From: Chitinophagaceae bacterium
GTDB taxonomy: Bacteria; Bacteroidota; Bacteroidia; Chitinophagales; Chitinophagaceae
Assembly: GCA_043737055.1 (NCBI GenBank)
Contig: JAYTBG010000001.1
Coordinates: 806 to 64,805 of the forward strand
Direction of reading: 5' to 3'
Length of the DNA: 64,000 nt
This document shows positions 37,499 through 47,406 of the stretch, piece by piece. Below the pieces are notes generated by a model. It had not been told where the DNA came from and made no database searches. It saw nothing but the letters and a program-made list of their open reading frames with translations. Each line of letters starts with the position of its first letter. The first letter of the stretch is position 1. A program made the position numbers and the translations under genes.

Positions 37499-38200
37499 AT
37501 ATAATTAACAACTCGTCCTAATCAAAATTTTCTTCTTTACGAAAACAATTGCTCTACCAACTTAATTACCCAAACTAATCCTCCGTACATGGTTAAAAAA
37601 TTTAATTAGTGGTTTACGATTAAATATCATTGTAAACTTGCTCTAAAATATTTCCTTTGACAACCGAGTACCTATGTCAGGTATTTCTACGTAATAGGAC
37701 AAACCCATATCAGAAGCGGCTTTCAGAGCAATTCCGGCATTTAACATCAATAAATATTCAGTAAATGTACGAACAATGGATAGTAAATTTACTATTCAAC
37801 TTATTAGGATGTTTACCTACGTATATCTACCCACCCCTTGATTAAACTTATATCTCATGCCCGGTTAACCTCGTCTTTATGAGCATAAGGCTACTTGACA
37901 TTTGAATGAGTGCAAAAACTTCACCAAAGCATCGGTTGGGGTAAACCTATGTTTCCAAAGGGCACCGAACACAGGGACTGTTCGCTATTTTAATGTTTAT
38001 AAGCTCACTATCCATTACCTTATGAAGCGTATATGTACGCATGTAAGTAATCGTAAATTTACTTTATTAACTTGAGCATTAATATTGATTACCAAAATAT
38101 TGAATCCGGTAAACACTAATTTTTGTTAATATTTCGCTATCTAAAAATGAAAATGTAACTTGATGGCTTATCGTTGAGATTAACCCAATTTCCAATAAAA

Positions 38201-38866
38201 ATGACTGCTGAAAATTTCATTAAAATTGCTATTGCAGATGATCACAAGATCTTTAGAGATGGAATCAAAATGGCACTCTCCGGAAAACCAAATTTGAAAA
38301 TGCTTTGGGAGGCAGAAGATGGCAAAGACATGATGCATAAAATTGCCATTAAAAAGCCCGAAGTTTTACTCATGGACATTAGAATGCCCGAAATGGACGG
38401 CATCAATGCCATTCAACTAATCAGAAAAGAATACGAAGACATCAAAATTATTGTGCTGACAATGTACGATGATCAACAGATGATAAGCAAAATGATGGAA
38501 ATGGGCGCCAACGCTTACCTCACTAAGACAACCGATCCGGAGGAAATTTATGAGGCAATTCTTACCTGCATGAATGACGACTTTTACTTCAACGAATTGG
38601 TGAACAAGGCGGTGATGGGCAAGCTAATGCAGAAAAAGGCGGTTAGGCAACAATATGGTACCAATGCGCCTATTAGCTTTAACGAAAAAGAGATCAAAAT
38701 TCTTCAACTGCTGGCCGAAGACAAAACCACGGAAGAAATTTCAAAAATCATTTTTCTGAGCCCACGAACTATTGAAACAATCCGGCAGGGTATGAAAACA
38801 AAAGTAAACGCAAAAACTATTGGCGGGTTGATTGTTTACGGCATTAGGAATAAGCTGATTGACTAA
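38201..38866 (+). CDS. Orphan NarL/LuxR-family response regulator
   Basis: IADDHKIFRDG, LLMDIRMPEMDG, and HTH block EISKIIFLSPRTIETIR. I prefer the ATG at 38201. Confidence 0.88.
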   Translation: MTAENFIKIAIADDHKIFRDGIKMALSGKPNLKMLWEAEDGKDMMHKIAIKKPEVLLMDIRMPEMDGINAIQLIRKEYEDIKIIVLTMYDDQQMISKMMEMGANAYLTKTTDPEEIYEAILTCMNDDFYFNELVNKAVMGKLMQKKAVRQQYGTNAPISFNEKEIKILQLLAEDKTTEEISKIIFLSPRTIETIRQGMKTKVNAKTIGGLIVYGIRNKLID

Positions 38867-39084
38867 ATTTCACCCTTTTACAGGCTGGCGTTATCATACA
38901 CTGGCTGGAAGCCTAAGCATCAATGACGTCGTAAAGGTAAAACAGCGAAATTACCACGTAAATTTCCCATAATCCAGTAAGAGTAGATACACGCTTTCTT
39001 TAAAATTTGCATAATCCGGATAAATAAATAGCGTTATCTAACGTACTCTTGCTAACTAAAAAAAGCTTTATTTTACTCCCTAAT

Positions 39085-39762
39085 ATGAAAAAAGATCCAT
39101 CAGAACCCATCACAGTAATCATCGCAGATGATCATGTTCTCTACCGTGCGGGTGTAAAAACTTCATTAAGCGCCAAGAAAGATATAAAAGTGATTGCTGA
39201 AGCAGATAACGGAATGCATTTATTAAATTTAATTCGCTCTATTCCAGTTGACGTTATCTTATTAGACATTCAAATGCCAATAATGGACGGAATAGCTGCA
39301 CTCCCGGAAATAAAGAAAATCAGTCCGGATACAAAAGTCATCATGCTCACATTTATGGAAGACAATAGTATGATCACAAAGTTGATGGAACTTGGCGCCA
39401 ATAGCTACCTGGCTAAAACAAGCGACAGCGAGGTTATTTATGAGGCTATAAAAACATGCTACAGTCAGGAGTACTATTTTAACTCGATGACCAATAAGGC
39501 ACTGCTTACAAACCTCAAGCAGAAGAACATGCCCACTCCGCAGCAATTGATGCCGCAGGAAGCACAGCTAAATGAAAAAGAGACAACTATCCTTCGCTTA
39601 ATGTGCGAAGAGAAAAGTACCAAAGAAATTGCAGACCTGGTGGAGTTAAGCCCACGCACAGTTGAAGCTATCAGGGATAAATTGAAAGTAAAAACAGGGG
39701 CTAAAAGCACTGCAGGCTTAATTATGTATGCTGTAAAGCATAAACTGATAGAGGAATTTTAA
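39085..39762 (+). CDS. Orphan NarL/LuxR-family response regulator (paralog)
   Basis: IADDHVLYRAG, LLDIQMPIMDG, and HTH block EIADLVELSPRTVEAIR. I prefer the ATG at 39085. Confidence 0.88.
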   Translation: MKKDPSEPITVIIADDHVLYRAGVKTSLSAKKDIKVIAEADNGMHLLNLIRSIPVDVILLDIQMPIMDGIAALPEIKKISPDTKVIMLTFMEDNSMITKLMELGANSYLAKTSDSEVIYEAIKTCYSQEYYFNSMTNKALLTNLKQKNMPTPQQLMPQEAQLNEKETTILRLMCEEKSTKEIADLVELSPRTVEAIRDKLKVKTGAKSTAGLIMYAVKHKLIEEF

Positions 39763-39785
39763 GGGACGAAATTTATTGATATCTC

Positions 39786-39812
39786 AAATCCCCCGCTTGA
39801 GGGGATTTTTTA
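39786..39812 (+). terminator. Rho-independent terminator
   Basis: AAATCCCC-GCTTGA-GGGGATTT followed by a T-run. It lies inside the over-extended ORF call that starts at 39776. Confidence 0.7.
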
Positions 39813-39823
39813 TTTACAGCTTC

Positions 39824-40672
39824 ATGAAATTTTTAAACTACAACGGTAAGCATTTCGAAGAAGGCACGCCCATTGTTACGGCAGATAATAGGGGCTTGCG
39901 GTATGGCGATGGTTTATTTGAAACCATTAAGTATAAAAATAACACCTGCCTGTTGTTAGATGACCATTTGAAGCGGCTATGGCACGGTATTGACCTTTTG
40001 CAGTTTGCTAAACCCAAACTTTTTACCAGGCAATATTTACGAGATGAGCTAGATAAGCTGATTAAAAAGAACGAGGAAACAAGTGCAAGGGTAAGATTGA
40101 GCATCTTCAGAGGGAAGGGTGGACTTTATGACGCAGAAAATGATAATCCCCAGTTCGTAATTCAGACTATGCCTTTGGGATCAAATACGGGCACTTTCAA
40201 TGTGAATGGTTTGCAGATTTGTGTTTATCGTGACGCTTTAAAAGCAGCAGACGCCTTTAGCAATCTAAAACACAATAATTTTTTACCCTACCTCATGGGC
40301 GCCCAATTTGCAAAGGGCCAAAAATGCAATGATGCCATCATCTTGAATCATCATCTGCGTATTTGCGACAGCACGATCGCCAACATTTTTATAATTAAAA
40401 ATGGCGTAGTTCATACGCCACCGCTTACTGAGGGCTGTGTGGCGGGGGTGATGCGACAATTTATACAGAGCCAGTTGCCTCTCATTGGAATAGAAGTGCT
40501 TGAAAGTGTTATAACTGAGGAAACCCTTCTTAATGCAGATGAAGTTTTTCTAAGCAATTCTATATACAATTTGCGGTGGGTGGCAGGGATTGGCAACGTT
40601 TCGTATAGCAACAAGATAACCCGGAGTATTTATGACAAATTAGCTGAAACAAATGCTGATGTCTTTTGTTAG
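39824..40672 (+). CDS. pabC: Class IV aminotransferase-fold enzyme, aminodeoxychorismate lyase-like
   Basis: RGLRYGDGLFET N-terminal block and fold-type IV length. The start is moved to 39824, downstream of the terminator. Confidence 0.7.
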   Translation: MKFLNYNGKHFEEGTPIVTADNRGLRYGDGLFETIKYKNNTCLLLDDHLKRLWHGIDLLQFAKPKLFTRQYLRDELDKLIKKNEETSARVRLSIFRGKGGLYDAENDNPQFVIQTMPLGSNTGTFNVNGLQICVYRDALKAADAFSNLKHNNFLPYLMGAQFAKGQKCNDAIILNHHLRICDSTIANIFIIKNGVVHTPPLTEGCVAGVMRQFIQSQLPLIGIEVLESVITEETLLNADEVFLSNSIYNLRWVAGIGNVSYSNKITRSIYDKLAETNADVFC

Positions 40673-40681
40673 CCTGAGCAT

Positions 40682-41992
40682 ATGGATCAACGTATAAATA
40701 TTTTTTGGTTTAGAAGAGACCTGAGACTTTCAGATAATACTGGCCTCTATCATGCCCTAAAAAGTGACCTCCCGATATTACCAATTTTCATTTTCGACAA
40801 AAATATTTTAGATAAGCTTGAGAATAAGGAAGATGCTCGTGTAGAGTTTATCCACAACTCACTATTACAGATGCAGCAAGAGTTGGTGGAGCAGAATAGT
40901 TCCCTTAAAGTATTCTACGATACCCCGGTTAAAGCCCTTGAACAGCTTTGTTCTACTTACAAAATTGAAAGCATTTTTATCAACCATGACTATGAGCCTT
41001 ACGCTAAGGAGCGGGAAGAAGATGTTACCACCCTTCTCAATAAAAATGGAATTAGACTACAGACATTTAAAGACCATGTGATCTTTGAGAAATCTGAGGT
41101 TGTGAAAGATGATGCCAAGCCATACACCGTCTTTACCCCTTACAGCCGCAAATGGAAGTCCTTGTTTGGCGAATCAGGACCAGGGTTCTTTCCATCTGAA
41201 AAACATTTCGACAGGTTTTTAAAAACGCCCGCATTTAAAATTCCTACCCTTGAGGAGATAGGTTTTCAGCCAACAGAAATAAATTTTCCATCTAAAAAAG
41301 TAGATACAGATTTAATTGAGCACTATGCCGAGGGAAGAAATTTTCCAGGGATTGAAGGTACATCCCGGCTTGGGATACACTTTAGATTCGGTACCGTTAG
41401 CATTCGCAAAGCCGCTGCAAGAGCGCTGCAGCTATCACCCGTATTCTTAAACGAATTAATATGGCGGGATTTTTACCAAATGATACTCTGGCAATTTCCA
41501 CAGGTTGGACAGGGAAAGTCATTTAAGCCTGCCTACGACAACATAGAATGGCGCACCGACCAGGGTGAATTTGAGCGCTGGTGCAATGGGCAAACCGGTT
41601 ATCCCATAGTAGATGCAGGTTTGCGCCAGCTTAACGCAACCGGTTTCATGCACAACCGGGTGCGCATGATAGTGGCTTCTTTTTTGTGTAAACATTTATT
41701 GCTAGACTGGAGACTTGGTGAGGCTTACTTTGCAGAAAAATTGTTGGACTTTGATCTGGCCTCTAACAATGGCGGATGGCAGTGGGCGGCAGGCAGTGGC
41801 TGCGATGCCGCACCTTATTTTAGAATCTTCAACCCCTACTTGCAAACAGAAAAATTTGATTCAAAATTTCAATACATACAGCAATGGGTCCCCGAGTTTA
41901 AAGATGCAAGTTATCCCCCACCGATTGTAGACCATGTAGAAGCAAGAAAGCGCTGCCTGGATACATACGCTAAAGCGCTTAAACCCAACTAG
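40682..41992 (+). CDS. phr: Deoxyribodipyrimidine photo-lyase / cryptochrome-family flavoprotein
   Basis: IFWFRRDLRLSDN start and C-terminal FAD-binding blocks GYPIVDAGLRQL..TGFMHNRVRMIVASF and NNGGWQWAAGSG. Confidence 0.88.
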   Translation: MDQRINIFWFRRDLRLSDNTGLYHALKSDLPILPIFIFDKNILDKLENKEDARVEFIHNSLLQMQQELVEQNSSLKVFYDTPVKALEQLCSTYKIESIFINHDYEPYAKEREEDVTTLLNKNGIRLQTFKDHVIFEKSEVVKDDAKPYTVFTPYSRKWKSLFGESGPGFFPSEKHFDRFLKTPAFKIPTLEEIGFQPTEINFPSKKVDTDLIEHYAEGRNFPGIEGTSRLGIHFRFGTVSIRKAAARALQLSPVFLNELIWRDFYQMILWQFPQVGQGKSFKPAYDNIEWRTDQGEFERWCNGQTGYPIVDAGLRQLNATGFMHNRVRMIVASFLCKHLLLDWRLGEAYFAEKLLDFDLASNNGGWQWAAGSGCDAAPYFRIFNPYLQTEKFDSKFQYIQQWVPEFKDASYPPPIVDHVEARKRCLDTYAKALKPN

Positions 41993-41997
41993 GTTTT

Positions 41998-42807
41998 TCA
42001 GTGAGTAGATTGCGCCGCATTTGCTTGTTGGTACACTTCCATCAGGGTTGCCACCGCCTGGTGGCCTTGCTCTCCAAGGTTGAGGGTAAAGTCGTTTACA
42101 TAGAGGTCGATATGTTTGCGCATCACCACTTCGCTCATCTCTTGCGCATGGCTTTTTACATAGTCGCTTATCTGCGGATAACTACGGAATGAAAACTCGA
42201 CACTCTTTTTAATTAAGTTGCTTACTTGCTGCTGCAATGCAGGCTCAAAGTTCTTTTTCATAACAATGCCTCCCAGGGGAATAGCAACGCCTGTTTGTTT
42301 TTCCCAATAGTCGCCAAGGTCAATGACTTTAACCAGCCCCTTGTCTTGGTAAGTAAAACGATTTTCATGGATGATTACACCCAGTCCATGGCCATTAAAA
42401 ACAAAATCTTCTACCTCATCGTAACGGATGAAGATTTTATTCCGGGCGTTTGGATATTTTAAAGAAAACAAGAGATGGGCAGTTGTATTTTCTCCTGGTA
42501 TGGCGACGGTTTCGCTTTCTACATCAATGTTATCACTTGCTTTGTTTCCTATAAGCAATGGCCCCACCCCCATGCCAAGAGCACTGCCACTATCAAGAAG
42601 GTTATACTCATTGATGACCAAAGGCAATACGCCAAAACTAAGTTTAGTAATGGGCAATTTTCCTTCCATCGCCCATTTATTAAGGGTTTGAACATCTTCT
42701 AGTACAGCTTCAAATTCCAGATCCCCGGTATCAATCTTTTTGTTGATCAATGCATCAAAAATGAAAGTATCATTTGGGCAGGGTGAAAAACCAATAGTAA
42801 GTTTCAT
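41998..42807 (-). CDS. mqnD: 1,4-dihydroxy-6-naphthoate synthase (futalosine pathway)
   Basis: MKLTIGFSPCPNDTFIFDAL N-terminus typical of MqnD. 269 aa. Adjacent to an MqnB-like gene. Confidence 0.85.
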   Translation of the reverse strand: MKLTIGFSPCPNDTFIFDALINKKIDTGDLEFEAVLEDVQTLNKWAMEGKLPITKLSFGVLPLVINEYNLLDSGSALGMGVGPLLIGNKASDNIDVESETVAIPGENTTAHLLFSLKYPNARNKIFIRYDEVEDFVFNGHGLGVIIHENRFTYQDKGLVKVIDLGDYWEKQTGVAIPLGGIVMKKNFEPALQQQVSNLIKKSVEFSFRSYPQISDYVKSHAQEMSEVVMRKHIDLYVNDFTLNLGEQGHQAVATLMEVYQQANAAQSTH

Positions 42808-42841
42808 AAATAATGTTTACGCTGCGGGTGCAAGGCCCTTG

Positions 42842-43477
42842 TTATACTGAATCCAAGCTATGTTGTATCAATACCGCAAGCTCCTCATTCAAATTCACGA
42901 CTGCTTGCCGCATTTGCCATTTACTTTTATCTCGTTCGCCTACCCTGTTGCTTATACTTCTCAGTTGCAAATAAGGAATTTTCATTTGCAAGCAAGTATA
43001 GTGGAACGCAGCTCCTTCCATAGATTCGATATCTGCACCAAATTTTTGTTTGTATAGATTGATAATACCGCTGTTATCCGTAAGACTATTCACAGAAGCG
43101 GCAATTACACTTTTTAGTTTGTAGTGGGATAACAAAGGATGATCATTAACTAACCAACCCTCTTGGTATGGCCACTCATTTTGGGTTGCAAGACCCATAT
43201 CGAATACCGTTTGCAACTGACCTTGTTCAAAAACGCCCAGGTCTGCAAAGACGTCCTTCCTTACCAACACCACCTCTGACAATCCGGGCCAAACATCAAA
43301 ACTACCTGCAATGCCTGCCTGGATAACCAAATCATACCGGTTACTTTGCAAATGCATTTGTAGCTGAAACTGGCTGGCCGGTGCCCCTACTCCGGTAATT
43401 AAATGAGCGACACCAGACCCAATTGAAATATAAGGGGCAACTTCTAATTCCGTAGCCGATACCACTAGTATTCGCAT
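42842..43477 (-). CDS. mqnB: Futalosine hydrolase-like nucleosidase
   Basis: The PNP/MTAN fold is suggested by MRILVVSATE..E and DIESMEGAA. It is adjacent to mqnD. I prefer the start at 43477. Confidence 0.7.
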   Translation of the reverse strand: MRILVVSATELEVAPYISIGSGVAHLITGVGAPASQFQLQMHLQSNRYDLVIQAGIAGSFDVWPGLSEVVLVRKDVFADLGVFEQGQLQTVFDMGLATQNEWPYQEGWLVNDHPLLSHYKLKSVIAASVNSLTDNSGIINLYKQKFGADIESMEGAAFHYTCLQMKIPYLQLRSISNRVGERDKSKWQMRQAVVNLNEELAVLIQHSLDSV

Positions 43478-43526
43478 ACTGCAATTTCGAATAATAGCTT
43501 TACATTTCTGCCAATACTGTTTACAT

Positions 43527-43958
43527 TTGCAAAAATTTTTAAATGCTGTGGTATACATTACGAGGATAGAACATTTTAATGCTGCTCACAAATTATTCAA
43601 CCCTTCATGGAGCAAGGAGAAAAACGCAGAAGTGTTTGGGAAATGTGCCAATGAAAACTGGCATGGGCATAATTTTGAATTATACATTACTATCAAGGGA
43701 ACTCCTGATCCGGAAACAGGATTTGTATACGACGTAAAAAAATTAAGCATTATCGTTAAAGAACATGTGATTGAAAAATTAGATCATAAAAATCTCAACG
43801 AAGATGTAGATTTTATGAAAGGCAAGATGTGCTCTATTGAAAACCTCGTGGTAGCCATCTGGGAACAACTCACTCCACATTTGCCACAGAGCATAAAGTT
43901 GCACAGCCTAAAGTTGTACGAAACACCCCGCATCTTCACTGAGTATTTCGGAAATTAA
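43527..43958 (+). CDS. 6-pyruvoyl-tetrahydropterin synthase / QueD-family protein, paralog 1
   Basis: EHFNAAHKL, FGKCANENWHGHNF and LDHKNLN motifs. The start codon is uncertain (TTG 43527 or GTG 43548). Confidence 0.8.
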   Translation: MQKFLNAVVYITRIEHFNAAHKLFNPSWSKEKNAEVFGKCANENWHGHNFELYITIKGTPDPETGFVYDVKKLSIIVKEHVIEKLDHKNLNEDVDFMKGKMCSIENLVVAIWEQLTPHLPQSIKLHSLKLYETPRIFTEYFGN

Positions 43959-44081
43959 TAGTCCGGGCCTGTAAACTTTTTGTATATTTATTTGTTCTTT
44001 AAGTGACGTAAACAGCACACTTCTGTTTTAAGAACTACTGACTACGGATATTTCTTTTATTTCACTCAAGCTGGCCTATCC

Positions 44082-44498
44082 ATGAGCAACAAAGTTTCTG
44101 TTTCTAGGAAAGAACATTTTAATGCCGCACATCGGCTGCACAACCCGATGTGGGATGATGCCCGTAATGCGCTTGTTTTTGGCAAATGCAATAACCAGAA
44201 CTACCATGGCCATAATTATGAACTAATCATTAAACTTACCGGCATTCCTAATCCGGATACGGGCTATGTAATGGACCTGAAGGTACTAAGCGACCTTGTA
44301 AAGGAAAAAGTCCTCGATAGGTTCGATCATAAAAATTTAAATCTGGATTGCATCGAGTTTGCCGGCATCAACCCAACGGCAGAAAACATTGCAATTGTGA
44401 TTTATAACATCTTAAAGAATTCTTTACAACCCGAGTTGGATGTGCAGGTAAAACTGTATGAAACAGAAAGAAACTTTGTAGAATATCCTGCATCCTAA
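44082..44498 (+). CDS. 6-pyruvoyl-tetrahydropterin synthase / QueD-family protein, paralog 2
   Basis: EHFNAAHRL, FGKCNNQNYHGHNY and FDHKNLN motifs. 138 aa. Confidence 0.85.
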   Translation: MSNKVSVSRKEHFNAAHRLHNPMWDDARNALVFGKCNNQNYHGHNYELIIKLTGIPNPDTGYVMDLKVLSDLVKEKVLDRFDHKNLNLDCIEFAGINPTAENIAIVIYNILKNSLQPELDVQVKLYETERNFVEYPAS

Positions 44499-44516
44499 AA
44501 CAAATAAACCCCTGCG

Positions 44517-45113
44517 ATGGCATATAAAAAAATTGAGACCTACGACGAAGATGTAACAGTATCCCTGATGGAACATTATAAAGAAACCATCACGCTGCTA
44601 GGTGAAGATCCTGAAAGAGAAGGATTGTTGAAAACACCTGAAAGAATGGCCAAGGCAATGCAGGTACTTACACAAGGCTATCAACAAGATGCAAAAGCCA
44701 TCCTGAACTCTGCCAAATTCCATGAGAGAGTAAGAGAAATGGTGATTGTAAAAGATATTGAACTATACAGCATGTGTGAGCACCATATGCTTCCCTTCTA
44801 TGGCAAAGCACATGTCGCATATATCCCTAATGGCTATATCACCGGCCTTAGCAAAATAGCCCGTGTTGTAGACGTTTACAGCCGTAGGCTACAAGTGCAG
44901 GAGCGCCTCACACATCAAATTCTAACTGCCATCAAAGACACATTAAATCCTTTGGGTGTTGCAGTAGTTATTGAAGCATCGCATTTGTGTATGATGATGA
45001 GAGGTGTACAAAAACAAAATTCTGTAACAACCACTTCTGCATTTTTTGGCCAGTTCGAAAAGGAAGAGACCCGGTCTGAATTTCTGAAACTCATCACCGC
45101 AAAACTGCATTAA
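44517..45113 (+). CDS. folE: GTP cyclohydrolase I (FolE type)
   Basis: [18 protein letters not shown] and HLCMMMRGV motifs. Confidence 0.93.
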   Translation: MAYKKIETYDEDVTVSLMEHYKETITLLGEDPEREGLLKTPERMAKAMQVLTQGYQQDAKAILNSAKFHERVREMVIVKDIELYSMCEHHMLPFYGKAHVAYIPNGYITGLSKIARVVDVYSRRLQVQERLTHQILTAIKDTLNPLGVAVVIEASHLCMMMRGVQKQNSVTTTSAFFGQFEKEETRSEFLKLITAKLH

Positions 45114-45259
45114 TAGACAATAAAAGAATATTTAAAAAAAGGGAATACGTGGTTATTCCATTCTTTACGCTCCGACATTTTCTAAAGAATTTTTTATCAA
45201 GAAACAATATCGAACGGCGATGATTTTAATCTTTTATTTTTGTTGAAAACAGATCATTC

Positions 45260-46150
45260 ATGAAACATGCATTTATATTTCCGGGACAGGGATCGCAATT
45301 TAGCGGAATGGGAAAAGCAATTTACGACAGCAACGACTTTACACAGAATCTCTTTAAACAAGCAAATGAAATTCTTGGCTTTAGCATTTCAGATATTATG
45401 TTTACCGGAACAGACGAAGCACTGAAACAAACCAGTGTTACCCAACCTGCTGTTTTCATACACTCTGTGGCTGCATTCCTAAATATTGAAAATGCAAAAC
45501 CAGATATGGTTGCCGGCCATTCATTGGGCGAATTTTCTGCATTGGTTGCCAACAAAACACTTGCCTTTGCAGACGCTCTACAACTTGTATCGGTGAGGGC
45601 TCGGGCAATGCAACGTGCATGTGAGTTAAATCCTTCTATCATGGCCGCCGTTTTAAATTTATCAGATGAAAAGGTGGAAGAAATTTGCCGTCGACTTTAT
45701 GAAGAAACCGGGGAAGTGGTAGTTGCTGCCAATTATAACTGTCCCGGTCAGCTTGTTATTAGTGGCACCCTGAAAAGCATTGAAATAGCCTGCGAGAAAA
45801 TGAAGGAAGCTGGTGCTAAACGTGCCATTGTTTTACCTGTGGGTGGTGCTTTTCACTCATCATTAATGTTGCCCGCCAAGGAAGAGCTTGAAGCAGCTAT
45901 CAACAACACTCATTTCGATAAGCCCATCTGCCCTATTTATCAAAATGTGGCGGCAAGTGCCATTACAGACCCTGCCGTCATTAAGCAAAATCTTATTGCG
46001 CAGCTAACCGGTCCCGTTAGGTGGACTCAATGTGTGCAAGCCATGATAGCTGACGGAGCCACAAGATTCACGGAGTGTGGGCCCGGAAAAGTGTTGCAAG
46101 GTCTTGTGGGAAAAATTGATAAAGAAATGCAAACAGATGGCGTGAATTAG
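45260..46150 (+). CDS. fabD: Malonyl-CoA:ACP transacylase
   Basis: FIFPGQGSQ, active-site GHSLGEFSAL and GAFHS motifs. Confidence 0.93.
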   Translation: MKHAFIFPGQGSQFSGMGKAIYDSNDFTQNLFKQANEILGFSISDIMFTGTDEALKQTSVTQPAVFIHSVAAFLNIENAKPDMVAGHSLGEFSALVANKTLAFADALQLVSVRARAMQRACELNPSIMAAVLNLSDEKVEEICRRLYEETGEVVVAANYNCPGQLVISGTLKSIEIACEKMKEAGAKRAIVLPVGGAFHSSLMLPAKEELEAAINNTHFDKPICPIYQNVAASAITDPAVIKQNLIAQLTGPVRWTQCVQAMIADGATRFTECGPGKVLQGLVGKIDKEMQTDGVN

Positions 46151-46260
46151 TTTGGATAAACGAATTTCAAACCTCGCACTTGTCACTTCACTTATAGGTT
46201 TTTTAAACTAGCCAGTTTGATTGTGCACATTTAAACTCCTACCATCTATAGGTGGCGGAG

Positions 46261-46292
46261 AAAAAAAATACCGGGTAAGCCCGGTATTTTTT
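46261..46292. terminator. Bidirectional terminator between fabD and mdh
   Basis: A8-ATACCGGG-TAAG-CCCGGTAT-T6. The stem is perfect, with an A-run and a T-run on either side. Confidence 0.7.
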
Positions 46293-46309
46293 AAAAACAA
46301 CTATTTCGG

Positions 46310-47245
46310 TTAAACCTCCAGCGTAGACAATACATTATTCATCGCTCTTACGGCATCTGCACTTTTTGCAAATGCTGCCTGCTCTTCTGCATCCAGTTTG
46401 TAATCTATAATTTTCTCCCAACCATTTCTGCCGATTATTACAGGAACTCCAATACAGATATCTGACTGGTCGTACTCACCTCCCACACTAACACAGCAAG
46501 GCATTAATTTCTTTTCGTCTCTCACAATAGCCTCTACAAGAGCTCCAACGGCGGCGCCAGGTGCGTACCATGCGCTTGTACCCAGTAAACCAGTAAGTGT
46601 TGCACCGCCCACCATTGTATCTGCCGCCGCCTTTTTCAAAGATTCTTCATCCAGGTGATCGGAAACCGGAGTACCCATATAGGTTGCTAATCTTGTGAGC
46701 GGAATCATAGTAGTATCACCATGGCCGCCTATTACGTTTGCCTGGAGGTCGTTAGGTGAGCAGTTCATTGCCTGGCTCAAAAAATACCTGAAACGTGCGC
46801 TATCCAACATTCCACCCATACCAATAATTCGGTTCTTTGGAAGTCCGCTTGACTTTAATGCCAGGTAGGTCATAGTATCCATTGGATTACTAACAACGAT
46901 AATGATCACTTCAGGGGAATGCTTCAATAAATTCTCCGTAACTGTTTTTACAATGCCGGCATTGATGCCTATCAATTCTTCACGGGTCATACCAGGCTTG
47001 CGTGGTATACCAGATGTAATAACGGCAACTGTGCTCCCTGCTGTTTTAGCATAATCGTTCGTACTGCCTATTACCTTCGTGTCAAAACCTTCAATTTGGG
47101 CCGTTTGCATTAGGTCCATTGCCTTTCCTTCTGCTACACCATCTTTGATGTCAACCAGTACCAGCTCGTCACACAATTGTTTGCGGGCAATATTGTCGGC
47201 ACAGGTAGCTCCAACAGCGCCGGCACCTACTACAGTTACTTTCAT
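46310..47245 (-). CDS. mdh: Malate dehydrogenase (LDH-like MDH family)
   Basis: MKVTVVGAGAVGA, GIPRKPGMTR and IGGHGDTM motifs. I prefer the start at 47245. Confidence 0.92.
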   Translation of the reverse strand: MKVTVVGAGAVGATCADNIARKQLCDELVLVDIKDGVAEGKAMDLMQTAQIEGFDTKVIGSTNDYAKTAGSTVAVITSGIPRKPGMTREELIGINAGIVKTVTENLLKHSPEVIIIVVSNPMDTMTYLALKSSGLPKNRIIGMGGMLDSARFRYFLSQAMNCSPNDLQANVIGGHGDTTMIPLTRLATYMGTPVSDHLDEESLKKAAADTMVGGATLTGLLGTSAWYAPGAAVGALVEAIVRDEKKLMPCCVSVGGEYDQSDICIGVPVIIGRNGWEKIIDYKLDAEEQAAFAKSADAVRAMNNVLSTLEV

Positions 47246-47406
47246 TTTTAAGTATTTTAAAAATTTAGAATAGATTTTTTCGCTGCAAAGGTATGCATTA
47301 CGGAAAGCCAACAGGTGAGGTTACGAGAAAATATTAAAGGGTCGCTGCAACTTTTGACTTACAATATTGGGCTGCTTTCATGTGTTCCTATTTCAAATAA
47401 AAACAC

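Noticed and set aside
39776-39823. N-terminal extensions offered by the ORF track. Examples: 39776 for pabC-like, 43558 for mqnB, 47311 for mdh, 33293 for gatC, 32187 for the adenosyltransferase, 55922 for the DUF2795-like gene.
   Set aside because: The extensions cover terminators or promoter DNA and precede the conserved family N-termini (for example MKVTVVGAGAVG, MDVNDALV, MALKIYTKTGD). Internal ATG starts are used instead.
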